This document shows, one piece after another, positions 44,898 through 53,412 of a DNA stretch of 64,000 nt; positions within the stretch are counted from its first letter, which is position 1; every line of letters starts with the position of its first letter. The translations under genes were made by a program, and so were the position numbers. The stretch is from a virus, in IMG/VR virus record IMGVR_UViG_3300045988_131126. The stretch is one strand, 5' to 3'. The notes beneath the pieces were generated by a model. It saw nothing but the letters and a program-made list of their open reading frames with translations, was not told where the DNA came from and searched no databases.

Positions 44898-45641
44898 TTA
44901 TCTGGATATAAATTTCCAATTAAGATCTTTCTTCCAACTGATATCATAAGTTCCATTAGATACAGCTATAATTACATCATCTGTCATTCTTCCATAAGAA
45001 TCTAATGATGACAGCATGAAAGAATCCGGATTATTATATATTTTTAACCCAAAATATAAATCTGGGTTTCTAGAAACTTTTCTGGCTTTTTCTACTAAAG
45101 GTATATAACCAGCCAATACGTCAGTAAATGTAATAATCTCCTCTCCCCATTTATCTTCATAAAACTTTATCGGTATTTTATAATAAGGCTCAAGCCTTAT
45201 ATCTGATCCATGCTTTGGACCATTCTGCCTGAATCTAAATACAGAACTTCCAAATATATTATCCCCATCTGGAGATTCTGATAATCTAACTATTGGATAT
45301 TCTGTATCAAGCTCTAATCTTTCTGACGGATATTCTGAAGTATCTCCAGTATACGTGACATATTCCGTAACTTCCTTATCTTTGCACTTATCATTAATAT
45401 CACGTACAATGCTCGGTAATGATTCTTCTACTATAGCATCTGCTACCTTTGTTGCCGTTTTAACAGCACTATTTAATATTGTATCTGCTATACTTGGTTC
45501 TTCTTTCCTCTCCTCCTTAAGTTCTTCATTATCAGAAAAGCACTCTGATAATCTTTGTAATTTTGTTTTGTTATTTACGGAATTACCCTCATAAAAAGTT
45601 TCATAAATTTTATCCGTAAGTGCATCAATAAAAATTCCCAT
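44898..45641 (-). CDS. Hypothetical protein (247 aa)
   Basis: ORF track. AAGGAGAG SD. Early promoter word at 45662-45681. Confidence 0.75.
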   Translation of the reverse strand: MGIFIDALTDKIYETFYEGNSVNNKTKLQRLSECFSDNEELKEERKEEPSIADTILNSAVKTATKVADAIVEESLPSIVRDINDKCKDKEVTEYVTYTGDTSEYPSERLELDTEYPIVRLSESPDGDNIFGSSVFRFRQNGPKHGSDIRLEPYYKIPIKFYEDKWGEEIITFTDVLAGYIPLVEKARKVSRNPDLYFGLKIYNNPDSFMLSSLDSYGRMTDDVIIAVSNGTYDISWKKDLNWKFISR

Positions 45642-45661
45642 TGTTTTCTCTCCTTTTCATT

Positions 45662-45681
45662 TTATTCATCTATATAATATA
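45662..45681 (-). promoter_or_regulatory. Early-type promoter word (tatattatatagatgaataa on the minus strand)
   Basis: 21 nt upstream of ATG 45641. Confidence 0.5.
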
Positions 45682-45698
45682 TAAAGAAAAGAAATTTT

Positions 45699-45724
45699 GG
45701 AAGTATACTTTTCAGTATACTTCC
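45699..45724 (-). terminator. Hairpin overlapping the helicase stop codon
   Basis: ggaagtatac / gtatacttcc. Confidence 0.5.
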
Positions 45725-47256
45725 GATTCATAATCATGATATAATATTTTTCCTTTTTCTTTTTTAGACTCTAATCTAGCATGTCTATTTATTAATTCCA
45801 AATCACCTATCTCTACTTCTGTACATCTAGTAGCATATTTATCGAATATAGGTTTCTTATAATTATAATATTTCTTTATCTGATGAAAACTTTTATCTAC
45901 TATTTCTATATACATAGTATTATTTGCTCTGGTTCTACCTAATGTCTGTCTAGCCAAAACCTCTGATTTAAATGGTTCTGCTAATACTACAGTCATCTTT
46001 AATCCATCTATATCTACTGCAGCTCCTGCTGATTTAGTTGTAGATAATATTAATCTTTTATTTAAAGCTTGTTGTTTTTCTTCTTCTGATACCATAGAAG
46101 TATATACACCGACGTTATTTCTAAATTCCTGATGGTTTTCTATGATCCAGTTGTATACTTCTGATATGGCATTATTTGTACCTATATATACCAGGCATTT
46201 TTCATATAATCCAACATTTTCTTCTATTATTTCGAATAATATATCAAGCATCATATAGAAATTATCATTAGTTACTATTAGATTAGTGTACTTATTTCTG
46301 TCTAATCCATATTGGTTTTTACAGCTCGATATCTGTTGCGGAGTAGGTTTACTACTATACAATATACTTAAATATTCAGTATGAGGATCAGTTTCAGGAT
46401 CAAATAAATCTATTGCTAATACATTTTTAAATGATAATTGATAAATATTGTTTTCAAATTCATTTGATCTTAATGCTGTTGCAGTAATATAATAATTCTT
46501 ATAGGTATTTGTATAGTAATCTATTTTCATCATATTATCAAAATTTTGATGAGCCTCGTCGTAGAATTTCAATCCTATTCTTAAATATTGAAATAATTCA
46601 GTTATTTTATCCCATCCATGAGTATCACCATAACTCTTTAATGTAGAATGAGTTACTGTAAAATATTTGATTTTCCTTATTTCTTCTGGTGTTTTGGTTA
46701 ATAATCTATATATACAACCAGAGCCTTTTATATTATATATCTCCTTATCTGTTACATTCGTGTACTGCTTAATTCTATCTATCCATTGAGTTAACCAAGA
46801 ACTTTGCGAGGTTATAATGATAGATTTAATACCTAAATAAGCACTAGTAGCTATAGCTATATAAGTTTTACCTTTACCTGTATATAGATTTAATTGTAAT
46901 TGAGATTTAGTAGCTGTATCTCTATATTCTTCTTTACCTATAGTAAATCTTAATGCTTCTTTTTGTACATCGTTTCTTGGTAAAGTCTTTATCATAATAT
47001 CATTATACATATCGAACTCATCACTCATATTACGTTCTACAATAGCTTTTTGCTCCATTATTTTTTCGACAAAATAAACGTCTATACCTCTCGGGAGATA
47101 TAGAGTACGATTTTCCGTGTCATAAAATAATCCCTGATAGTAATATTGGTGATTCGTTGGGTTAAACATTAAGAAATATTTCTCTAAATCTGGATGTGAT
47201 CCAAATTCATAATCAGTTATTTTTATACATGTATTTTTAACTATTATTTTACTCAT
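45712..47256 (-). CDS. SF2 DEAH-box DNA helicase (UvsW/RecG-like class)
   Basis: LYTGKGKTYIAIA (motif I), KFYDEAHQNF (motif II), YYITATALR (motif III), LSTTKSAGAAVDIDGL (motif V), RQTLGRTRA (motif VI). Confidence 0.8.
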   Translation of the reverse strand: MSKIIVKNTCIKITDYEFGSHPDLEKYFLMFNPTNHQYYYQGLFYDTENRTLYLPRGIDVYFVEKIMEQKAIVERNMSDEFDMYNDIMIKTLPRNDVQKEALRFTIGKEEYRDTATKSQLQLNLYTGKGKTYIAIATSAYLGIKSIIITSQSSWLTQWIDRIKQYTNVTDKEIYNIKGSGCIYRLLTKTPEEIRKIKYFTVTHSTLKSYGDTHGWDKITELFQYLRIGLKFYDEAHQNFDNMMKIDYYTNTYKNYYITATALRSNEFENNIYQLSFKNVLAIDLFDPETDPHTEYLSILYSSKPTPQQISSCKNQYGLDRNKYTNLIVTNDNFYMMLDILFEIIEENVGLYEKCLVYIGTNNAISEVYNWIIENHQEFRNNVGVYTSMVSEEEKQQALNKRLILSTTKSAGAAVDIDGLKMTVVLAEPFKSEVLARQTLGRTRANNTMYIEIVDKSFHQIKKYYNYKKPIFDKYATRCTEVEIGDLELINRHARLESKKEKGKILYHDYESEVY

Positions 47257-47370
47257 TGCACCTAATTCCCTTCTTTGAGAGCTTTATTTACTTATTTGTA
47301 CGTACAAAAATGATTCCGTAATATCTTTATTTTTGTCAAAATTATAGATCTTAATAAATCCTAATACAAA

Positions 47371-47390
47371 TATATATTATATAGGTGAAA
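47371..47390 (+). promoter_or_regulatory. Early-type promoter word (tatatattatataggtgaaa)
   Basis: Followed by AATAAAAAGAAAGGAG, a leader shared with the copy at 48154. Confidence 0.5.
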
Positions 47391-47414
47391 ATAAAAAGAA
47401 AGGAGCCGATAATT

Positions 47415-47720
47415 ATGGCTAAATTTATAACAGACGATACCAAAGATTCATTGGCAAAAGATTTTTATGATTTTTGTAACGGGATAATTTCTCAAGTTGA
47501 AAGTTTACATGGTATTTTTAATGACGATGTGTATAGTAATATTATACACGAATTTATCAACGTAGTTAAAAAAGAATATGAATTATACGATAAGTTTGTA
47601 GGACCTATTAATCACGTAAGAAGATTCTATCCAAATGCTACTTATAAAAATACCATTAATAAACTAAATAAACTAGATCCCGAAGTAATACGTAAAGAAA
47701 TAGAACGATACGGAGATTAA
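47415..47720 (+). CDS. Hypothetical small protein (101 aa)
   Basis: ORF-track frame 47385..47720. I moved the start to ATG 47415 (AAAGGAG SD). The GTG at 47385 lies inside the promoter word. Confidence 0.7.
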   Translation: MAKFITDDTKDSLAKDFYDFCNGIISQVESLHGIFNDDVYSNIIHEFINVVKKEYELYDKFVGPINHVRRFYPNATYKNTINKLNKLDPEVIRKEIERYGD

Positions 47721-47760
47721 TACAAAATATATAATTACAAGAAAGGGGTATTATGTTTAT

Positions 47761-48093
47761 ATGGGACGTTATCGTAATATTAATGTGTGTGAAAATTTTG
47801 GCTGGATATCTGATTCTATTGTACTGAAAGCCGAAGAAGAATTGCTAGACTATATAAATAAAACGATAGAATATTTGGACAATCTCTGGAAAAGCGGAAA
47901 AATATCAGCTGAAGACTTTAAATCAATTATACTCAACTATGAAGTTCAATATGATTTATATACAAAAACTTTTCTTGATACTTTTGGTTATTCCATAGAA
48001 GTAGAAGAGGATAAATGTAGCTTTGTCAAATATTTTAATAAAGCTATAGATAACGATTATTATACCTATTCATATGGATATATAAAAATATAA
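47761..48093 (+). CDS. Hypothetical small protein (110 aa)
   Basis: ORF track. AAAGGGG SD. Confidence 0.7.
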   Translation: MGRYRNINVCENFGWISDSIVLKAEEELLDYINKTIEYLDNLWKSGKISAEDFKSIILNYEVQYDLYTKTFLDTFGYSIEVEEDKCSFVKYFNKAIDNDYYTYSYGYIKI

Positions 48094-48153
48094 TTAATGA
48101 CGAAAACAAGCTACCTGAATAGCTTATTTTCAGTTTATTATTTTTATGAGTTA

Positions 48154-48174
48154 TATATATCATATATGTGAAAA
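48154..48174 (+). promoter_or_regulatory. Early-type promoter word (tatatatcatatatgtgaaaa)
   Basis: Upstream of the MazF-like gene. Same leader as the copy at 47371. Confidence 0.5.
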
Positions 48175-48196
48175 TAAAAGAAAGGAGTATTATATT

Positions 48197-48853
48197 ATGG
48201 ATAATACAAAATATTTAAAAAGTGATATTGTTTCTAAACCAGTTATTAGAAGATGGGATCTTCATTATTGCTCATTAGATCAGGATATACTTCCTGATTC
48301 TGGTTCTGTTTTAATTGGGAAAGCTAATAGGCCATGCTTAATAGTTAGCTCTAATGAATATAATCAGATGTCAGATAAAGTATTAGTAATGCCTTATTGC
48401 AGTAATAACAGAGATGATTTAACAGATGAAGAGTACGTAAAGCAGGCTGCAGAAAGAGGAGAAACTTTAATACCAATGGTATTAAATAGAAATGCCAGAT
48501 CATTTCTTATCATTGATCAACCTAGATTAATTGCAAGAAAGATGCTCAGAGGATATGTAGGAACACTTGATGTAGAAGCAAACGAAAAATTAGCAATTAA
48601 AGTAACGGAAGCTGTATTTAATTATATGATTGATCCTGAAGTGTTTACGAAAACAGAAATATTCAAATCAATGGTTAACGAATACTTTGCTAATAATTTT
48701 ACTGTTGATGCTACAGACGAAAGTATTTCAACTCCTCCAAAAGATGTCGATGAAAAACCAAAGTCGGTCCCTAATACTATTCAGGAAGATTACGGAATAA
48801 TATGCATGAGAAGATCTAAAGAGGAAAATGCTAAATATGCATTAGCAATTTAG
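48197..48853 (+). CDS. MazF/PemK-like (CcdB/MazF fold) protein with a C-terminal extension of about 90 aa
   Basis: RRWDLHYCSLDQ..GSVLIGKANRPCLIVSSNEYNQMSDKVLVMPYCSN...FLIIDQPRLIARKMLRGYVGTLDVEANEKLAIKV parallels E. coli MazF GDLIWVDFDP..GSEQAGHRPAVVLSPFMYNNKTGMCLCVPCTT...LADQVKSIAWRARGATKKGTVAPEELQLIKAKI. I moved the start to ATG 48197 (AAAGGAG SD). Confidence 0.65.
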   Translation: MDNTKYLKSDIVSKPVIRRWDLHYCSLDQDILPDSGSVLIGKANRPCLIVSSNEYNQMSDKVLVMPYCSNNRDDLTDEEYVKQAAERGETLIPMVLNRNARSFLIIDQPRLIARKMLRGYVGTLDVEANEKLAIKVTEAVFNYMIDPEVFTKTEIFKSMVNEYFANNFTVDATDESISTPPKDVDEKPKSVPNTIQEDYGIICMRRSKEENAKYALAI

Positions 48854-48883
48854 ATTAATTAAATACGAAAGAAGGAAGTATAA

Positions 48884-49447
48884 ATGTTAAAGGGAGAGGG
48901 AAAGTACGGATTGAAGGAATTTGTAAAGAAAGAAGGTGTAAATTATCATAATAGAAATTTAAAAACTGGAGCATGTTTTGAGCAATATGATAGACAGGGT
49001 AACCTTATATATTATAATTGCTCATTCTTGCTTGCATCTAATGCTGTATTAAATTATAAACAGGAATATGCTTATAATCATATAGCACATATAGTATCAT
49101 ATAGAGATTCTGATGGGGTTAAATGGGAAAAGCAGTATACTCCAGAGGGATTTGATATTGTATACAAAAATAAAATATTTAAAGTAGCTTTTAGATTTAA
49201 ATATAAAACCAATAAAATCATAGCTATAGAAAGCAATGGTCATAAAGATATTATAGATATATCCAAATGTAAATCTATATCAATAATAAACGGAATAGAT
49301 TTTTCTGATAGATTCTTATTAGAAAACAAAAGTTTATTCGATTATTTTATATCAGATTTACCAGCGACCGATTTACAAGAAAAAATAATAGCTTTTAAAG
49401 ATGATGAATTATCCGATAAAGTATTAAATTATTTGAAAGAGGTATGA
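48884..49447 (+). CDS. Hypothetical protein with one YD-repeat-like unit
   Basis: ORF track. FEQYDRQGNLIYY and SYRDSDGVKWEKQY. Confidence 0.6.
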   Translation: MLKGEGKYGLKEFVKKEGVNYHNRNLKTGACFEQYDRQGNLIYYNCSFLLASNAVLNYKQEYAYNHIAHIVSYRDSDGVKWEKQYTPEGFDIVYKNKIFKVAFRFKYKTNKIIAIESNGHKDIIDISKCKSISIINGIDFSDRFLLENKSLFDYFISDLPATDLQEKIIAFKDDELSDKVLNYLKEV

Positions 49448-49450
49448 CTA

Positions 49451-49645
49451 ATGGAACATTCAAAATCTACTAAAAAAGATCTAATGAAACAAATGATCAA
49501 GAAATTAAATAAGCAGGATAAAGAAATAAACCAATTAAAATTGCTACTCTATAATAATATTCAAACTAAGAGATTAATTCAAGATGAAAAACCTTCTCGC
49601 CAAATTAGTTTTCTTAGAGGGGAGGATGAAACATTTTATGATTAA
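49451..49645 (+). CDS. Hypothetical small basic protein (64 aa)
   Basis: ORF track. AAAGAGG SD. Confidence 0.6.
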   Translation: MEHSKSTKKDLMKQMIKKLNKQDKEINQLKLLLYNNIQTKRLIQDEKPSRQISFLRGEDETFYD

Positions 49646-50354
49646 ATCATTCTATGCTGTTTTGGATTTAAAGAATCCAGATTTAGTTATTCAGAAAATA
49701 GATCCAGTAAATTTTAAACTATATAGAAAATGGAAGAATGGAGTAGAAGAATGGATCACATTCTATTATCTTGCAGATGGAAAACGTATTCTTATTAAAG
49801 AATATAAAAACTCTACTGGATACGAATTTAAGATTGATACCGAAAATAAAGAATTCATGTATAATGATAATCTTGGTAATTGGTATAAATATAATATAAT
49901 TACCCATGATTACGAATCTGTAGACTTAACTCATAGATATGATAATAATGGAAATCTTATATATTATAAGTCTCCAGAAGGAGTAGAAGAATCTTATCAG
50001 TACGATGACAATAACCTGATACAGAAATATGAAAAGAGAGTAGATGGAGAAATAGTATTAACCCGTACATATCAAAGATACATAGCGAGAGGTTCATCAG
50101 AAGAATATTTTATGGATGAACCTTTAACTCAAATTCAAGAGAATACTAAAGATTTATACTCTGAAAGAACTTATGATATGAAAGGAAGAGAGATTCTTTA
50201 TGAAGACGAAGATAGAAACGGAGATAGAATAATGGTTGGAACTAAATATGAAGATAAAAGAGCACATGTAATGGTGTGGAAGAATGGAAAGTTTATTTAC
50301 GAATACTATGTCAAAGAAGGAGACGAAAATTATGGAAAAGGATTCAAAAAATAA
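49638..50354 (+). CDS. YD-repeat-like protein
   Basis: ORF-track frame 49584..50354. The start is probably ATG 49638 or 49626, after GGGGAGG. Repeat units: HRYDNNGNLIYYKSPEGVEESYQYDDNNLIQKYE and RTYDMKGREILYED. Confidence 0.6.
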   Translation: MIKSFYAVLDLKNPDLVIQKIDPVNFKLYRKWKNGVEEWITFYYLADGKRILIKEYKNSTGYEFKIDTENKEFMYNDNLGNWYKYNIITHDYESVDLTHRYDNNGNLIYYKSPEGVEESYQYDDNNLIQKYEKRVDGEIVLTRTYQRYIARGSSEEYFMDEPLTQIQENTKDLYSERTYDMKGREILYEDEDRNGDRIMVGTKYEDKRAHVMVWKNGKFIYEYYVKEGDENYGKGFKK

Positions 50355-50718
50355 TATGGTTATAGATGATAAGCCAGGACAGGCATTTTCTATGGTTTCA
50401 CCATACGGAGTTATGCCACACGATGTTTTGTGTAAACCACGTAAAAGAATAGAATATATTTTATCTCCTAAAAACTGTCCTGATGAGGGAATTATACCGT
50501 TACCGTTTTTACTTAAAATAAAAGATGAAGACAATTATTTAATATTTAAAGGTTTACAAACTGTAAAATTATCTAGCGAAGAATCTTATGATAAAATAAC
50601 AAATAAAAACATCATAAGATATATACTAAAAGAGCACATTGCTGCAGTATTTCGAGCAAGCTATAAAAATAATATCGATTTTTTAAAAGCACAAGAATAC
50701 GGAGAATTAACAGATTAA
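50332..50718 (+). CDS. Hypothetical protein (128 aa)
   Basis: ORF-track frame 50284..50718. ATG 50332 has AAGGAG 9 nt upstream. Confidence 0.65.
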   Translation: MEKDSKNNMVIDDKPGQAFSMVSPYGVMPHDVLCKPRKRIEYILSPKNCPDEGIIPLPFLLKIKDEDNYLIFKGLQTVKLSSEESYDKITNKNIIRYILKEHIAAVFRASYKNNIDFLKAQEYGELTD

Positions 50719-50725
50719 AAAACGA

Positions 50726-50756
50726 GAAAGCTATCCAATGGATAGTTTTCTTTTTT
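50726..50756 (+). terminator. Intrinsic terminator; first module of an early cassette
   Basis: gaaagctatcc / ggatagttttc (one G-U pair) followed by tttttt. Confidence 0.8.
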
Positions 50757-50790
50757 CTACGATACGCGTAATATCTTTATTTTTTGATCA

Positions 50791-50809
50791 TATAATATTA
50801 TAGTGATAA
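50791..50809 (+). promoter_or_regulatory. Early-type promoter word (tataatattatagtgataa)
   Basis: Inside the modular cassette 50726-50866. Confidence 0.55.
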
Positions 50810-50866
50810 TAATAAAAAATAATACATAAATCCTATATAATAAATATAGGTAGAAAGAGGAACAAT

Positions 50867-51130
50867 ATGAGAAGACTTGATACCATGAGAAACATTTTAA
50901 AGAAAGCTAAGACCAACGATCTAACAAAAATAAAATCGAAAGCGCTTACGCCGCTTATGTATGATAAAGATAAGCATACATTTTTACAACTCTCTCCATT
51001 GTGGGAGGGACATGGATGGAACTCAAAACTAATAGGTGTGAGAGTACCTCACACCTATTGGATTGGGGAAGTACTTGTAACAAAATATGAGGATTTTAAA
51101 TTAACACTTCCTCGGAGATACTATAGATAA
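50867..51130 (+). CDS. Hypothetical small protein (87 aa) in an early cassette
   Basis: ORF track. The conserved TAGAAAGAGG block lies 6 nt upstream. Confidence 0.7.
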   Translation: MRRLDTMRNILKKAKTNDLTKIKSKALTPLMYDKDKHTFLQLSPLWEGHGWNSKLIGVRVPHTYWIGEVLVTKYEDFKLTLPRRYYR

Positions 51131-51135
51131 ATTAT

Positions 51136-51169
51136 AAAGAGGTGTAAGGATTATACCTTACACCTCTTT
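51136..51169. terminator. Bidirectional hairpin
   Basis: aaagaggtgtaagg / ccttacacctcttt, between convergent genes. Confidence 0.7.
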
Positions 51170-51194
51170 ATACCCAAAACTATTTTATTTTTTA

Positions 51195-53315
51195 TTAAAT
51201 ACTCATTATATTACTATATGGAATATTGTTGTTTCCGTTAGTCTGAATATTTACAGACTTAAGCGGGAAATTACCAATATTATCATTTATAATAGTTGTA
51301 TAATCAATAAACTCTACAACCCATTTAGGTACTGCTACATCTAACGGTATTGCTAATGATGTAAATTCATTACCTTTACTTGTAGCTTTTCCTTTAAAAA
51401 TACTTGTATCCTTTAATACGTTCTTTATCTTTTCGTATGTTTCTGGATAAGTATCTTTTATTTTTTCTACAGTTTCTTCATTTACAACTACTTTTACAAT
51501 ATCCATACTATTTCTAGCTGTTAAGTCAAATCCTTCAAGACCATCATCTTTAATATCATTCCATATAACCGCAGCTTTTATACCTTGTATACCCATAGGA
51601 TCATCATAATGATCCATAGATTTTACATTTACCGGTTTATAGAATTCTTTTTCTCCATTATTAAGAGATCTAAATATCTTTTTATCTAATATCGCTAATC
51701 TCTTTATAATTCTAACTTGATCTATTACATCTGTATCAAGTATCTCTTCATATAATATCTTAGATAAAGCTGACTGTATAGATTTATTTAAGGTTACCTT
51801 TCTAATTTGTAAACCTTTAATATCCATACTTTCTTCTTCTGGTACTTTATGACCTTCCTGAAGTTCCTGTTTAGATGCATAGTTCTTCATACCTTCTGTT
51901 AATAATGCTCTTTTCATAAGAAACTCATTTTTCATATAGATAAGACATTTTCTATCTTCTCCATAAGAATGATTAGCTTTAGTATATTCTACCATATAAT
52001 CATTTACCAAAGCACCTACTATATAAGCCATAATATTAACCAATGAATATCTTAAATTATCAGAACCAGTTTGCTTATTAGGATTTACCAATCTTTTTCT
52101 AATTACAATATCATCATTAATGAAATCATAATCTTCATAATCTTCTTCAATAGGTTTAGTTTCTCCTAATACTGGATTATCTATTTCATTTAAGATTTTG
52201 AATTTGTGACCTTTACATTTCTCAAGACCAAATCTGAACCAAGCTTCAAGACTAATAATAGCACTATCTGTATCAGAGATACCAGCAATATTTTTAATCA
52301 TATTATCGCATCTATCAACTTTATCCATATATTGATATTTAAAATATACAAACTCTTTTAAGATATCTACTAAAGTATCTATCTCTACTTTGATTTCTTT
52401 TGGTGGCTCGTTTGGATCCATAAATGGTTGATCTAATTTTTCCAATAAAATTAATAATGCATTCGTCATTGATGCATTATCCATGAACTCGTAAAGGTTA
52501 TTTTTGTAATACAGTCTATTTATATCTTCTTGATCAAGTCTATTAATAATATCCCATATGATCTGTAAATCCATTTCATCAGGTAACCATTTTATTAATC
52601 CTTGCTTATAATCACCTATAGTAAGTACAATTTTATTGAAACATTCTTCTTTAGAAATATTACGATCTAATATATCGCAGTCTCTATATCTTCTTTCTTT
52701 TCTTTCACTTACTACACTATCAATAAACCATACAACTTCTTCAAGAGAAGCAAATTTAACGTTATTAGATAGAAAGCTTTCGAAAAACATAGTTGCTGTA
52801 CTAATGAGTTCTCTACCTGTTGTAGTAATGGATTCTGCTACAAAGATATTATAAAACATTGCTTGACATTGACCAAGTACACCGTATATTCCATTACAGT
52901 CAATTTTATCAAGTAATTGCAATAGATTATATTTCACAAACATTTCAGATCCTTTTGGATACTTAAACATTTCTGCTTTATGAACACCTCGCATTTCCAT
53001 AAATCCTCTAATCATTTCTATTAAAGGATTAGGAACTGTTCCATGTCTCATAAACATTACTCCAGATGGAGTACATATTGGTTGCTGAGATGCTATATAA
53101 TTTGTAAACTCTGATAATAACATCTCATGTTCTTTCTTATTGTAGTTATTGACTATTTTACATTTAGTATCAACAAATCTTTTCTTTACAGAATAATCAA
53201 TAGCATCTTTTATCTCTTGATTATTTAGGCTTGGATATATTAAAGACATTACTGTATGCATTTGCTGCATATATCTCATAACGCCAGCCGAATTATCTAC
53301 TGCTGAATTAACCAT
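51195..53315 (-). CDS. Family B DNA polymerase, polymerase (palm/fingers/thumb) part only
   Basis: MSLIYPS (motif A-like) at residues 23-29, KIDCNGIYGVLGQ (motif B, KxxxNSxYG), GISDTDSAI (motif C, DTDS). It has its own SD, AAAGGAAG. No exonuclease motifs are present. Confidence 0.75.
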   Translation of the reverse strand: MVNSAVDNSAGVMRYMQQMHTVMSLIYPSLNNQEIKDAIDYSVKKRFVDTKCKIVNNYNKKEHEMLLSEFTNYIASQQPICTPSGVMFMRHGTVPNPLIEMIRGFMEMRGVHKAEMFKYPKGSEMFVKYNLLQLLDKIDCNGIYGVLGQCQAMFYNIFVAESITTTGRELISTATMFFESFLSNNVKFASLEEVVWFIDSVVSERKERRYRDCDILDRNISKEECFNKIVLTIGDYKQGLIKWLPDEMDLQIIWDIINRLDQEDINRLYYKNNLYEFMDNASMTNALLILLEKLDQPFMDPNEPPKEIKVEIDTLVDILKEFVYFKYQYMDKVDRCDNMIKNIAGISDTDSAIISLEAWFRFGLEKCKGHKFKILNEIDNPVLGETKPIEEDYEDYDFINDDIVIRKRLVNPNKQTGSDNLRYSLVNIMAYIVGALVNDYMVEYTKANHSYGEDRKCLIYMKNEFLMKRALLTEGMKNYASKQELQEGHKVPEEESMDIKGLQIRKVTLNKSIQSALSKILYEEILDTDVIDQVRIIKRLAILDKKIFRSLNNGEKEFYKPVNVKSMDHYDDPMGIQGIKAAVIWNDIKDDGLEGFDLTARNSMDIVKVVVNEETVEKIKDTYPETYEKIKNVLKDTSIFKGKATSKGNEFTSLAIPLDVAVPKWVVEFIDYTTIINDNIGNFPLKSVNIQTNGNNNIPYSNIMSI

Positions 53316-53400
53316 TTAAATATCTTCCTTTCTTTTAGAATTATTCTTATGTGTTCGCAAAGATAATATATCATTAAAACTAGTATAAGGTTAAAATAAG

Positions 53401-53412
53401 AACATATGTGTA
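53401..53412 (+). promoter_or_regulatory. Late-type promoter word (aacatatgtgta)
   Basis: 64 nt upstream of ATG 53476. Confidence 0.35.

Noticed and set aside
50784-50815. Reading the early cassettes as host sigma-A promoters (TTGATC, 17 nt, TG-n-TAATAA).
   Set aside because: This reading is possible for three cassette copies. In the other copies of the family (16165, 33886, 37821, 17377, 28273, 45662) only the TATATTAT..TGA(A/T)AA block is conserved, with no -35-like hexamer at the right distance. I therefore favour a phage-specific promoter word. This remains unresolved without 5'-end and rifampicin data.
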